A DNA stretch of 64,000 nt from Carcharhinus longimanus (taxonomy: Eukaryota). Positions 12,680 to 26,445 of the stretch are shown piece after piece (positions within the stretch are counted from its first letter, which is position 1; the number at the start of each line of letters is the position of its first letter). The notes under the pieces were generated by a model. That model ran no database searches, was not told where the DNA came from, and saw only the letters and a list, made by a program, of their open reading frames with translations. The DNA is taken from contig JASCQW010000081.1 in NCBI GenBank assembly GCA_030264375.1, forward strand, positions 49,871,772-49,935,771. Reading direction: 5' to 3'. The translations under genes and the position numbers were made by a program.

Positions 12680-13405
12680 AATTCATGCGGTGTGGCTGTC
12701 ACTAGCAATGCCAGCATTTATTGTTCATCTGCAATTGAGACTGAGAGGATGTTGGTGATTTGCCTTCTTGAATCAGTATTATGTAGATACGTCCACAAAT
12801 CTGTAGGTGTTCCAGGATCTTGACCCAGCAGCAGTGAATATATGGTGATTTAGTTCCAAATCAGGATAGCATATGACCTGGAGATGAACTTGCAGGTGTT
12901 GGTGTTCCCATGAACCTGCTGCCATTATTTTCTAAGTGATGGACGGCATGGTTTGGAAGGTGCTGCCACAGGAGACAAAACAGCCCGTTTGATTGCCACC
13001 CCATCCACAAACTTTCACTCCCTCCAACACTGACAAACAGTGACAGCTGTGTGTACCATCTACAAGAGGCACAGCAGAAATTCACAGGGGTTCCTTAGGC
13101 AGCACCTTCCAAACCCACAACCACTACATCAAGAGAGACAAGAGCAGCAAAGATCTGGCAACACCATCACCTGGAAGTTCCCTTCAAGCCTCCCATCCTC
13201 TCGACTTGGAAATATGTCACTATTTCTTCACTGCCTCTGGGGTAAAATCCTGGAATACCCTCCCTAATAGCACAGTGTGCACACCTACACCACATGGACT
13301 GCAGTAGTCCAAGAAGGCAGCTCAACCACCACTGTCTCAAGAGCAATTAAAGATGGGGAATAAATGCTGGCCTAGTCAGTGAAACCCATATCCCATAAAT
13401 GAACA
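12680..13405. mobile_element. Two head-to-head 3' fragments of the same CR1-clade LINE or derived SINE (12680-12975 minus; ~12985-13405 plus)
   Basis: ggtttggaaggtgctgcc vs ggcagcaccttccaaacc, and ccagcatttatt vs aataaatgctgg, are mutual reverse complements. Confidence 0.75.
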
Positions 13406-13604
13406 ATAAAACACAAATCTGAGGAGCTGTGGTGGAGTATCAAAGCTGAAGGAGTCACCAAGGTTGAAAATTTAGAGAAAATTTAAAATAAATCATGCCA
13501 TGCCTGCATTTTCATGGAAAGAAAGGAAGATGAGGGGTTACAATGGCATGAACCTTGACAGGAATAAATTAAAGATGATGTTATAAATTTTGAAGCAGTG
13601 ACAT

Positions 13605-14515
13605 TCAACATTGTGCCCCACCCCCGCAATCAGATCCGGCCTTCACCACCGCCACACCCCNNNNNNNNNNNNNNNNNNNNNNNNNNNNNNNNNNNNNNNN
13701 NNNNNNNNNNNNNNNNNNNNNNNNNNNNNNNNNNNNNNNNNNNNNNNNNNNNNNNNNNNNCCCACCCCCGCAATCAGAGCAGGCATTCACCACCGCCTCA
13801 CCCCATACCCACCCCTGCCCGATCAGAGCGGCATTCACCAGTTCATCACCACCTCCCCCCTCCCATGATCTGAGCCACAGTCACTGTAAACCGCCCACAC
13901 ACACATCCTCCCAAATAGCCCACTCCCCAACCTCCAAACAGATAATGCTGGCACCCTAACCTTCCCCCGTCCCGAACATAGCCGACATCGGACCCCTTCC
14001 CTCCCAACCCTCCATCCAAACAGCCACCATCAGCACTACCAGCTCCCACATCTGCACCACCACTAATAAATGAATACCTCCCCTCCCCTATGAGGCTCTC
14101 ACTTGAGTCTGCTCCCTGGCACAAGTTGGCACTGTCAGGTTGAAATAGGCTTGGTGTCAACCTGGCAATGTCAATCTGTACCAGGGGCATTGCCAGGCCA
14201 CTGCCTGACCATCACCTTCTTCTCCGAGGGGCTATTCTCATCTTTATGCTCTTGGGGGACATGCCATGACACGTTCACAACTGAGTGAATCTGTTGTAAA
14301 CCTCACCATCGTGATGTTTGAAGTTACGGTGAGAGGTTAATATCTGGTGAGCGGTTAATAATATTGAAATGTATTGAAATCAGGTTCAAGCCCATTATGA
14401 GGGGTGACTGCAATCTCATCAGTGAGTTTTGTGGTTTCTGGTTTTTGCTGGATCTTGACCCCCGGCTGCCATTCCTACAGGTGGCGAGAGAGGGTTCAAG
14501 ATCCTGCCCTCTGTG
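13605..14515. mobile_element. GC-rich non-autonomous DNA element (MITE-like) with an internal C-rich tandem repeat spanning a gap
   Basis: cccacccccgcaatcag unit on both sides of the N-run; composition resembles the TIR-bounded elements at 17898 and 46488. Confidence 0.5.
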
Positions 14516-14594
14516 GTATAACAATGTCCTGCTTCACAAGGCTAGAATAGTGCCCCTGGTGGTGAGATAGTGTTAGCACACAACTTATTTAACA

Positions 14595-14830
14595 GTCCAA
14601 TCACTGTTGTCATGTAGACAAAATGCAGCAGGTAACTTACGCATAACAAATCTTACAAAAGTGCAGTAAAGAAGATAAGTGGCCAGTTCATGTTTTTTGT
14701 TGCTTGAGGAGAAACTGTTGACCAGAACACATCAGTGATTGCCCTGCTACTTTTTCAGTAGTTCCACTGGATCTTTTTCATCTACCTGAACAGGCAGGTA
14801 AAGGTTTCATCTGCAAGACAGTGCCTCCAA
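14595..14830 (-). mobile_element. Deu-domain SINE fragment
   Basis: gatctttttcatctacctgaacaggcagg..aaggtttcatctgcaagacagtgcctcc is the reverse complement of the Deu core. Confidence 0.6.
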
Positions 14831-15253
14831 CAAAACAAAAACACCTGCTCAGCAGATCTGGCAGTATCTGTAGAGATAAAAACAGAGTTAGTGGGCAGCA
14901 CTTAATGCAGGTGATGAAGTTCTCCCTTTGAGGAAGGCCCACCAGAATTAAGTGCCTTCCTAATACTTATGAGGCCAGATGTAGGCCATCTTCAGGACTG
15001 CGGGGCGGGGTGGGGGGGCGGGGGGGATGGTGACAGCTGTGCAGTGCAGCACTGTCTGGTTGCTGCCTGTAGTAAACTCAGGGAGAAGCCTGGGTTGCTG
15101 AGGGACCCAGCCCATTGGTGTTTGGATAGATGGGAGTCATGGTGCATGGGGGTTGTGGGAGAGGTGTTGGCAATCCGCCCCTTCCTAATCTCAGTTTCTC
15201 AATCAGGCGCTAAGTGTCCTTGAATGAGAGACACTTCCTCCGCAATTCTGAAA

Positions 15254-15307
15254 ACTAACATGGCAGGATTTACTCTTTGGACTAACATGGCAGGATCTAC
15301 TCTTTGG
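15254..15307. repeat. 27-bp tandem duplication
   Basis: actaacatggcaggat(t/c)tactctttgg twice, 26/27 identical. Confidence 0.9.
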
Positions 15308-17897
15308 CGAACTGAATACTCACTTAAAAGTTTAAATTGACTGTGGGTTGAGAAAACCTTCCATGAGTCTCAGACTCGCTGTTCAGTCAGAAAGGCAGCA
15401 AGGTCTCCATCTGGAACTCTCCTGCCCGAATAAATGCCCTTCCCCATTTCCAAACTTGCCTGGAGGAATGTATTATATTGTGCCCAATGTTCTTTTCATC
15501 AGAACTGAAAGAGTTCTTACTATAAGAGTTGTCCATCTGAGATGGAAATTTAGAGATATTTTTAAAGTAAGCAGAGGAAACGTTACTTTGCACCTAACTT
15601 ACCTTCACTGATTTTTACTGCTTGTATGGATTAATAATTCTCAACCTAATCTATCAATAATCTGACATAAAATATAAACAGTAAATACATCTGACTTTAA
15701 TGGTACTGAAAATAGCACACCAAGCTTTCACCTTGTGATGCATGTTCAAAGTTAACTTAGCCTAAGAAGGAACAGTCTGGACAGTGATCAGTTCCCAGTG
15801 AGAAGAAGCCCAGAACACAGAACTGCATCTCATTTGGCACTAATTGTCAATCTCTCTCAGAGCGCCCACAACAGTAGAAGGTGGGAGAAGCAATCTAATA
15901 AAATACTGAAGCATTCATTCTTTGAAAGCAATGAAACTGTCAAATAGAGAATTATCAATCTGAGCGTGATTAAGTATTGTATTCCTTTGCACATAGTGCA
16001 TTCCTGTATAATGCAAGGTCAAAATTATAATCTTTCAGCAAAAATAAACTCTTCAAAGGATTTTGAATTGAAGTTATATCACTCACTCCTAGATCATAAT
16101 CATTCCTCTTTATGATAAATGAAGCATTTTTGCTTTTATAAAAATGTAACAATCATTGAGGTCATCATGATAAAAATGATCTCTTATCTCTTTTTAAAAA
16201 ACTTTTTGTTTAGAGACAGAGTGTCCTTTAAAGCCTAAGTTCTACTTACAAATGAGAGAAAATAAAAAGTAGTCAGATTGTTTAACTAGGAACCCTATCC
16301 AATAATATGAGGAATAGTGCCTTTAAAGAGTTACTTCATTATTTTGTTCCCATTTTCTCCCTGCTTCTAAAGATTTTGACCCACGCTAGGCCTTGGAGCA
16401 TTTGCAGCACTTTGCCCAATTGATCATCCAATGTGTGTGAGACTACACAGTGCCCGTTGACAGACTGAAGAAGAGTCATACACACTCAAAATGGTAACTG
16501 TTTCTCTCTCCACAGATGCTGCCAGACCTGCTGAGTTTATCCAGAATTTTTTTGTTTTTATTACAACTTTAGAAATCTTCCTGACTAGCCCAATTCCCCC
16601 AGACACAATCACTCAACCACTCAATTTCCATGTACGAATCATTAGTACCTGTCACGACCAGATACTCCGGTTGAATTTTTCCTTCATTAATCTGATAGTG
16701 AGGCCAGTTGCATTTGCTCAAATAACTGACTGCAATTGACCCAGTATCATACCACTCATTTAACCACAACAAACTATTTCACAATCTGTACAAGAAGGCA
16801 GCATGGTAATACATTGAAATGTATCACCAGATCACTTGCGAATGATGTTTAGATAAAATTAACTTGGAATAAGATTCCCCTGCATCCACCCCTCCAATGT
16901 CTATCTTATGAAGGCAGTGCCTCTTTAAGAGGGAGCAGTGATCCTAAAAAAATTCCCAGGTGTCAAGCTGTAAGGTGCTCATCATGATGACCCTTGTATA
17001 ATTTTCAGTCATGTCACACATTTCTTGTAATAGAAAATAGCTTGAAATGCTAGACAGTAATAATGTTAGCTTACTCAATTTTGGTTCTGAACCTTCATCA
17101 ATCATTCTGCCATGAATCAGGAGTGTGGTCAGAAGATCGCAAGTATTACCAATCCCCTTGCACCGCAGGGAGACTCCTCTCTCCACCCTCCTCCCCTGTC
17201 GTATGCAGACAACCACACTGTAATCTCACTAAATGATTCCATTTTAATACCACATGTACTTAGCATATCTCCAAATGATAATTTGAAACATCAGGGAGCA
17301 GTGCCAAACTACATATTATTACACAAAGCATAGCAGCGAAATGGTGACACTGACAAAACACTGTTACTGCAACCATCATCTGCAATAAACATCTTACCCA
17401 CAGCGTTAAAAGCCGACTGGAGCTCTATCAGCTCAGTACCTGACTCTCCACATCTGCTTAATTCTCCTGCAATCCTTTTATCTTTTAAAATGCACCAAAA
17501 ATTCACTCTTACCTAACCTTAAATCAAACAGCCTTTTTTTTTCAGAATTCATATTTGTCTATCTATACTTAAGATTGCTGCTCTTAAGATCAGTATTTAA
17601 TATCTTAATATCTATTTTTACCCTATAATACCATTTGTACTGCACATCTTGTACACTTCTTGGATTTAAAATATACCAGATACTTTAGAGATTATTTTTA
17701 CCTCCCTTCCCTAATCTTTGTGGTGGAGTCACTGTTCAATGGGCATTCACTGTTTATGGCATTGTGTCTTAATTATAGTCTCTTTGAGGTGACATTTTCT
17801 AATTACAATGTGATTTTTAAAAGTTATATTCATTACCAAGTAAAGGAAAAGCCATTATAGTTACAAAGGATTTTTGGTTAGAACTACATTGCACAAT

Positions 17898-18761
17898 GGG
17901 TGGAATTTTCCCAAAAAAAAGCTAAATGTCATAATAGGATATCGGAGCAATTCATGCTCTCTCCCAGGCACACTCCGCACTGCACTCATCCCACACACAG
18001 TCACTTTTTGGAGCGCGATCTGGTGTGTGCTGGTGCTTGGAGGGGTGGGGGGGAACATAACCTAAATATGCCATTGAACCTGGTTTTAGAGTGTTCAGAC
18101 ACTGATTCACAAGGGTGCCCTGATCTCTCAGTGCACTGGGAGAACCCCTCTCTGCCCCCGATGGACATCTAAACCCCCACCCCTCATCAGCACATGTACC
18201 CCACCTCTCCCCCCACCTACCCCAACACGGTTCACAGGCATCAGGGCCCTCCCGATAGATCCCCCATTATGAATCCCAACAGGCAGACTCATTGTGGCCC
18301 CCATCACCAACACCCATCCTGACACTGCCCATTTGGCACAGCTCAGGCACTTGGCCACAGCTGGGTGCCAGGTGGGCACCGCCAGGTGGGCACTACCTGA
18401 TGGATACTGCCTGGCCATGCCCCCAACTCCCTGGGGGCTTCAACAGCCTCTGAACATCCTGGCATAACCATCACTAGTGGAGGCCAGTAGTGATTTGTAT
18501 GGGTGTGACCTGCTGCTGGAGAGGCGGAAACATTCTGGAAGGGGACACCATCGCATGTCAAATCTGCTAATGAGATTGAAATCTAATCAATCTTATACTA
18601 ATGGGCCTTGCACCCTTCCTGGGTGCGAACTGGTTCACGCCATTAGAAAGGGACTGGTACGATTGCAAACTGTTTCGCACCAACGATTTTTAGGCCTGCA
18701 CGCTACTTTCCAAGATTGATGTGGTCTGTGCCAAGCGCAGCAGAGTGGGAAAATTGCCCCC
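17898..18761. mobile_element. Non-autonomous PIF/Harbinger-like element (MITE)
   Basis: TIRs gggtggaattttccc / gggaaaattgccccc; 3-bp TSD AAT (17895-97, 18762-64); GC-rich interior. Confidence 0.75.
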
Positions 18762-21700
18762 AATATATTGGTTCATACCCTCCATCCTTCTGTCTGCAAT
18801 CTCTCAACAAAGTTAACTGACCACCACGCCTCAACTAAGTTAAATGATTTTGAGTGATTGATACAGCTATTCAGATCACAATCTGGCCATCAAGAGTCAC
18901 TTTAGCCGCTAGGCTACCTAGTTTCTTGGATTTTATTTTAACAGTTTTACCCCCCCTTTTCCAACTTTCTGGTACTTCGCTCATGTGGCAGCTTTTCCTC
19001 TGTGAACTGAGGCTCTGAAAGTAAAAAATAAAATTATTCAACTATAAAGAATCAAGTGTTAAATCTTATCTGGTGCTCATCCCACGTCTACACATAAGCA
19101 CTTCTCACCAGTTTGTGAGCAGGAGTCAGAACCCGAGTTGGATTGCTCCCCTCACTGGGACATGAGCGTTGAGGCCAGATCTATGGCCCTACCAGCTGGG
19201 CTCCCAACCACTCCACCTCCCTCTCGTGCACCAGAGTTTGAATACACTTTTTACTCCTTTGGTTAGTTTTCTTTGTGCAATGTAGTTCTAACCAAAAATT
19301 CTTTGGAACTATAATTGCTTTCTCTTTATTCTGTAAGGAAAATAATTTTCAATAATCACATTGTAATCTGAAAATGTCAACTCAAAGAGACTATAATTAA
19401 GGCACAATGCTATAAACAGCAGTGAACATTAGAAGACAGAATTCTTTGTGTTAAAATGTTAAAGCGATGTATATTGTTCTGTTTATGGGGATCTAAATGA
19501 GTTCAGCTTATTTCTCAAAGATTTGTGACCGCTGTCCTATTTAAATATCTTTACATTCACAGCACTTTACTGCTTTCAGCTTAAAAGAAAAGGATTAAAA
19601 ATGTGCATTCTGACAGATATAACACTGAACCACTAGATGATCTTTCCTTTTACTGAAAAGAGCTGCAATGCGTGATGTGGTACTGAATCATATGTCCCCA
19701 TTCTATCCACACCCTGAGCTTTTGGCTGAGTGAATATTCCTGAATTATGGAGAGGCCGCTTGAGACAGGAATCCCATTCTGTATTGCAATCCTGTTGCCT
19801 CTGCTGGTTCAGATCAGAACACAGTCCAGCTCAGCTGGTCAAATAGCTTACTGATCAAATTCAGGGCGAAGTATGTCCAGTTGATGGGTAACGAGGGGCT
19901 GTTGGTGCTATGGAGGTTTGCCCCAGATGAAACAGTGCCTGCAGGAGAGGAGGGAAGGAAATTGAGGGGGTAGGGGTGGCTCACCACCACTTTTCAAGGG
20001 TAATTAAGGATAAGCAACAGCCTCCCCAGCGGCGTCCATGCTCCATGATAAAATAATAAGTTAGGACAGCTTCACTCCAATTTGGTTGTGAAACCCAGCA
20101 CAAATCTAGCCCATATTGCCTCTAGTATCTACCAGTTGGTAATCTACTCAGATTAGTTTGAGGATAATTTAGTAAATAATTTGTTGGAAATTTAAGGCAG
20201 GATTCTCTGGCCTTCCTGTGGCATCTTTCTCGCAGCAAGAGGCAGTGTGCCATTGGCCAGCAGTCGGATGTTCTGGTCCTGCTGCTGTCAATGGGATCTC
20301 CTATAGATTCCACTCCAGACCGCTGGGAAACCTGCAGCAGGGTAAACTGTCCGCGAGACCAGAACAGCCACAAAGTTCCAGCCATTGGTAGGCTCTACCA
20401 AACCCGACCGTGCTGGATGCTAACTAACAGTGGGGGACATGAAGTGAAAAGAATATTTGATTCTCTAGAACTAACATCCCTCACTTTGATAAGAGCATAA
20501 TTCACAAAGAAGCCCCTAAAAAAGAATGTCAGCTGGATCTACAAGGATTAATTTAAAAAAACGCAAAATGAAAAATCGCTTTGTTTCGTGGGCTTAATTG
20601 ATTGTCCTTAAAAGTTTGGAAAAATAAAAGCCTAACCAATCTTACAAAGCTCCTTTTTACTGTGGGCTTCACTGTTCACTGTAGCCTCTCCTCTATTGAA
20701 ACTGGCAGCTCACATTTTAGCTCTGGACTGACTCTGTCATTCTGCCCGGAATGTTCCTGCCACTTTACATGAGAGCTCTTCGCTGAAAGACACATGTAGT
20801 TTGAATCATACAATCAATAGAACACTTAATGGACAATTAGGAAACAGCTGTAGGCCTGTCAGAGACCCATCTGTACACAAGTTGAACAGCCTTACCCAGG
20901 ACAGGGCCTAGAAAACAAAGTAAATTGCTGCAGGGCATTGGTTCGTAATACAGAAATAAGCTCTATAAAATGTTACTGTGGGATTCATTCATTCCCTGTT
21001 ATAAAAATTTAAACAGGTGCAAGAAATTAGACAAATTCAGTGAAGGGCTTTAGTCAACTCAGTCCTAGAAATGAGAGGTTGAATTGATCAATATGTTTTT
21101 TTTGTAATTTGATCTCGGTGTAAATTAAATGTTCCCATCTAGTTAAGAGAAAGATATCTTTCTTTTGAGGTTATTCCTGTTTTCAGCAGCATCGCAGTGA
21201 ATTCTTTTCACTCAGTAAATTACAACAGCGATCAAGCAGGCATAAAATTGGGAGTTATGTTTCATCTTCAGTTTCCACTACCCTGGCCTATGTTATAAAA
21301 TTTAAAATTTTTGCCCTTTTCATGCCACGAGAACTGCCCCACAATGAGTTGCAGTTTGCCGTGGATATCATATATTCTCTCCTAGCTCAACTAGCCTTTC
21401 CTTTGATAGATTTTTCCATAACAGATGAGAACAACTAAACCAATAATTCTCTCTCTAGTTTGTGTGGCCTCATATGTAATGTTAAACCAAATCTTGATTT
21501 GCAGATTTGATTGCAAATTTTACATAGGAAGTCACTATTAGAAAGGTGAATGTAGGCATCAGTTTTGTGTATGTTTGCTTATCCTGTCAAGCCCTAACTT
21601 TGGTTCCCCTCAAATGTTACAGGTGACTGTAAATAGTGAATGCAAGCAGGCTAATATACTATGGAGAGAAACCACAGCCAAGTCTCCACCCAACATCTTC

Positions 21701-21780
21701 ATACCTACTTCAATCAGGAATCACAAAGTAACAAGATACTTTTTGAATGAAGAAGTTCATTTTGGACAATCTTAATTCAT

Positions 21781-23010
21781 TTTGATTTTGATTTGGTTTA
21801 TTATTGTCACATGTATTAACATACAGTGAAAAGTATTGTTTGTTGCACGTTATACAGACAAAACATACTGTTCATAGAGAAGGAAACAAGAGAATGCAGA
21901 ATGTAGTGTTACATTCATAGCCAGGGTGTAAAGAAACATCAATGTAACGCAAGGTAAGTCCATTCAAAAGTCTGACAGCAGCAGGGAAGAAGCCGTTCTT
22001 GAGTCAGTTGGTATGTGACCTTAGACTTTTATATCTTTTTCCCGAAGGAAGAAGGTGGAAGACAGCATGTCCAGGGAGCGTGGGATCCTTAATATGCTGG
22101 CTGTTTTGCCGAGGTAGTGGGAAGTGTAGACAGAGTCAATGGATGGGAGGCTGGTTTGTGTGATGGATTGGGCTACATTCGCAACTTTTTGTAATTTCTT
22201 GCAGTCTTGGGCAGAGCAGCAGCCACACCAAGCTGTGATACAACTAGAAAGAATAGTTTCTATGGTGCATCTGTAAAAGTTGTTGAGAGTCATAGCTGAC
22301 ATGCCAAATTTCCTAAGTCTTCTGAGAAAGTAGAGGCATTGGTGAGCTATAGTGTTGGCATGGGGAGGCTTGGGGGGGGGGGGGTCCAGGACAGGTTGTT
22401 GGTGATCTGGAACCNNNNNNNNNNNNNNNNNNNNNNNNNNNNNNNNNNNNNNNNNNNNNNNNNNNNNNNNNNNNNNNNNNNNNNNNNNNNNNNNNNNNNN
22501 NNNNNNNNNNNNNNCCTAAAAAATTGAAACTCTTGACCATTTCTACTTCATCCCCCTTAATATAGACAGGAGCATGTTCTCCTTTACACTTCTTGAAGTT
22601 GATGACAATCTCTTTCGTTTTGTTGACATTGAGGGAGAGATTATTGTTGCCACATTACTTCACCAGGTTCTCTATCTCATTCCTGTACACTGTCTCATCA
22701 TTGTTTGAGATCCATTACAGTGGTGTCGTTAGCAAACATGAAAATCGAATTGGAGGGGAATTTGGCCTCACAGTCATCGGTGTACAAGGAGTATAGTAGT
22801 GGGCTGAGCACACTGCCTTGTGGAGCACCAGTGTTGAGGATTACTATGGAGGAGGTGTTGTTGCCTGTCCTTACTGATTGTGGTTGTGAGTTAAGAAGTT
22901 CAGGATCCAGTTGCAGAGGGAGGTGCCAAGGCCCAAGCCACGGAGTTTGGAGATGAGTTTTATGGGAAAAATAGCATTGAAGGCTGAGCTGTAGTCAATA
23001 AATAGGAGTC
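21781..23010 (-). mobile_element. Rex1/Babar-type LINE, 3' portion
   Basis: ORF 22021..22302(-) NFYRCTIETILSSCITAW..CSAQDCKKLQKVANVAQSITQTSLPSIDSVYTS; upstream RT remnant (TGAPQG..LSPLLYS); 3' tail of (tcaaa)-like repeats at 21781-21800. Confidence 0.85.
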
Positions 23011-23439
23011 TGACAAAGGAGTCATCCAGTCAGATCATCATCTCCTCCAACAATGCAATCTTTGCCAGCCCCAAGCAGTTTATATTTCTTCTCTTAATGA
23101 GCTCAGAATTTTCATACAGCATTATGTTTGGAAGTCCATTCCATTGCTTGATTGTTCAGGGGAAAGAACCTCTTGATATCAGTCCTCAAGTTACATTTTA
23201 GAAGTTTGAACTTCCATCCTGTTGTTCTACTAACATTGAGCAGAATTTTCCAAAAAATGAATACGTAATATTTCATTTGAGAAAACCAGTGCAATTTGCA
23301 TGTCTGAAGTGAATCTAATCACAATTTTCCCACACTTAGTCATTTCATTGGGAGGGAGGGTAAGTTTTGCACTGGTTCAAAGTGGTGTGGGGCCTAAGGG
23401 CACCTCAATTCAAATTCTCTATTGCTTTATTGAACGACT

Positions 23440-25300
23440 CGATTGCACCTGCCTCCACCACACTTCCAGGCAGTGCATTCCAGATAGAACCACTCACTGT
23501 GTGAAAAATAGTTTTCTTAAATCACATACGCTTCTTTGAAAATTAGTTTTAAAGTTGTGCCCTTTTGTTCTCAATCCTTTAATGAGTACAAGCAGTTTCT
23601 CCCTATCTACTCTGTCCAGCTACCTCATGATTTTGACCATCTCTATGAAATCTCTTCTTAGCTTTCTTTTCTCCAAGGAGAACAGTCTCAACCTCTCCAA
23701 TCTATCCTCATAACTGAAGTTTCTCATCCTTGGAACCATTCTTATTAATCTCATCTGCATTTTCACAAATGCAGTCACATCCTTCCTGTGGTCTGGCACC
23801 CAGAACTCTACACAATACTGCAACTAAGGTCTAACTAGTGTCTTGTTCAAAAGTTCAGCTTAGTCTTCTTGCTCTAGCACTTGCCCCTTTTAATAAAACC
23901 TATGGTACAGTATTCTTTATTAACTGCGCTCTCCACCTGTCCTGCTACTGTCAATGATCTATTCATTACAAACCTCCACCAGCCTGAAAAATATCTATTG
24001 ACAATTTCCTATTACTCAGTTAGTTTTGTGTCCATGTTACTATTGTTCCTTTTTATTCTATCAGCTATAACATTTCTGACAATTCTGTTGTGTGACACTG
24101 TATCGAATGCCTATTGAAAGCCCATGTACCCCACATCAACAGCATTACCTTCATTGACCCTTTCTGTTACTTCTTCAAAAATCTCCAGCAAGTTAGTTAA
24201 GCACAGTTTCCTAATCAATCCACATCTTTCATGTGACTACTAATTCTATCCAAAATAATTGTTTCTAGAAGCTTCCCCACCACTTAAGTTAACATAAGGA
24301 CATAACATAAGAACAATGAGACAAAGTGGACAATTCAGCCCTTGAGCCTGCACCGCCATTCAATACAATAATGATTGATCTCGTCTCAGCCTCAACTCCA
24401 CTTTCCTGTCCCTTCTCCATAACCCTTCAATCCATAACTAATTAAAAATTTGTCTATCTCCTCCTTAAATTTATTTAATGTACCGGCCACCATCACTGTC
24501 TGAGTGGTGAATTCCACAGATTAATGACCTTTGAGAGAAGTAGTTTCTCCTCATTTCTGTTTTACATCTGCCATCCCTTATCCTAAAATTTTGACCTCTT
24601 GTTCTAGATTGCCCCACAAGAGGAAGCATTCATTCTACATCTACTTTGTCAATACCTTTTATTCAACTTCCATATGCCAATTAAATCTCCTTGTATTATT
24701 CTAAACTCTAGAGAGTACAGGCCTAATCTATTCAATCTCTTTTCATAAGACAAACTCCTCATCTCTGGAATCAATCAAATAACCCTCCTCTGAACTGTAT
24801 CTAATGCCACTACATCCTTCTTCAAATAAGGGGACCAAAACTGTACACAGTAGTCCAGGTGCAGTCTCACCAGTGCCTTGTATAGCTGTAGCAAAACCTC
24901 CTTACTTTTACACTCAATTCCCTTAGCCATTAATGCCAAAATTCCATTTGCTTTCCTTATTACCTGCTGTACCTGCATACCAGTCCTCTGTGACTCATGG
25001 ACGAGGACACCCAGTATCCCTGCAATTTCCATTCTCACTTCCTTCAATATACTTAGAGGCATCTCATCTGGTCCGGGTGCCTTGTCAACTTTAGTTACTG
25101 ACAGTCTATCCAATACTTTCTCCTCATCAATTTTGAATCCTTGTAAAGAAAGTTTCCTCCTCTGTCACAATGGCCTGGGCAGCATCTACCACCTTGGTAA
25201 AGACAGATGTAAGGTATTCATTTACCATCTCTCCCGTGCACCCTGCCTCCATGTGTAAGTTCCCTTTTAGGTTCCTAGTTGGCCTTACCCTTAAATTGTT
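23440..25300 (-). mobile_element. Nested CR1 LINE fragments (at least two; inner tail at ~24292-24315)
   Basis: ORFs with KALVRLHLDYCVQFWSPYLKKD and FSYEDRLERLRLFSLEKRKLRRD; aacataagaac tail. Confidence 0.9.
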
Positions 25301-25944
25301 CATCTGACACCTATCATAAGCACATTTTTTCCTCTTTATCTTAATTTCAGAATGAAACTCATTCTGCAGGTTCAAGTCCACTGCTCTTCTGAACTTGGTG
25401 TATTTTGCATACTTCATTGATGTTGAGTTTCTGAATCCAAGCTATTGGTATTAATTAGTTGCACATGAGAAAAAACAGCAATAAGGCACTTTTGTCAATA
25501 TTCTGCCCCCACCTCACCCATTCTGATATTAGCTCTCTAATTAATATCCACTGTTTTCTATCCAGTCCTTCAATCAATTTCTCATCCATACCTACATTTT
25601 GTCCTGAATTTCCAGAATTGAGCTTAATTAACAATATGACATGGAACTATGTCAAATATCTTCTGGACACCCACAGAGGATTTACAATATTTAGTTTAGG
25701 CTGCCTTCCCCATCTAAAGTTTTGCTAATTGTTGTTTACTCTGTAGGATAACAACCAGGGAGGAGAACAATGGTTTATTATCCCTTCCTTTCCAAAAATG
25801 CTAAGGTTAATTGTCACACCCCTACTACACATATTTCCCCCACAGAAATGATGTATATTTATCAACCAAAAATATTAACTTTTTTTTACTTCCAAACTGC
25901 TGAGAGCTTTCAACATTCTCTGTTTGTGTTACTCAGGTTAAGGC

Positions 25945-26445
25945 ACTGACCCTAGTGTATGCCTGAGTTACTGATTTCAGCTGAATCATTAACTTTGTTC
26001 TCAATATCCTGGGCATGTAAAGTGAAAAAATAAGTGTTCTTACTTCTGAGTGCTATCTAGGAACTTTTGGGTGTGCCAGCATGTGTACACTAAAATGTAT
26101 ATTTGGCAAGGACAAGGTCCAGTTCAATAATGCTGCACCCCCAAAGCCCAAAAGCTAGACAGCACTCACTGCCTTGGGTCACACAAACCAAATAGCTATT
26201 TGGATGAGGTACTAGAGGTTGTCAGCACTTGTGGAATTGTACACCAGCAGGAGTCAACGGGAGTGAAATCCATCTTCAGTGGAAGTGCCAAAACAAGTGA
26301 CAATCAGTAGCCCCTTCTGCACACTGCCTGACCTTCTCCATTAACTTCAACAGAAAACAAAATCAAGCAGGTGTAAAATGGGCTGTCAAGTTGCTATTGT
26401 TGTCGGCCATTTTCATTCCCAATGCCTTCAGGTAAGAAGAGGTTA
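25945..26445 (+). mobile_element. LF-SINE-like copy interrupted near its 3' end by a 162-bp palindromic MITE (26259-26420)
   Basis: LF-SINE 3' motif gtggaattgtacaccagcaggagtcaac|...|aatgccttcagg is split by an element with TIRs gggagtgaaa/tttcattccc and TSD AAC/AAT. Confidence 0.65.

Noticed and set aside
22021-22302. ORF resembling the domain often labelled 'AlkB homolog 8 N-terminal / DUF1891'
   Set aside because: It is the C-terminal part of a Rex1/Babar retrotransposon ORF, flanked by RT remnants and a tandem tail.
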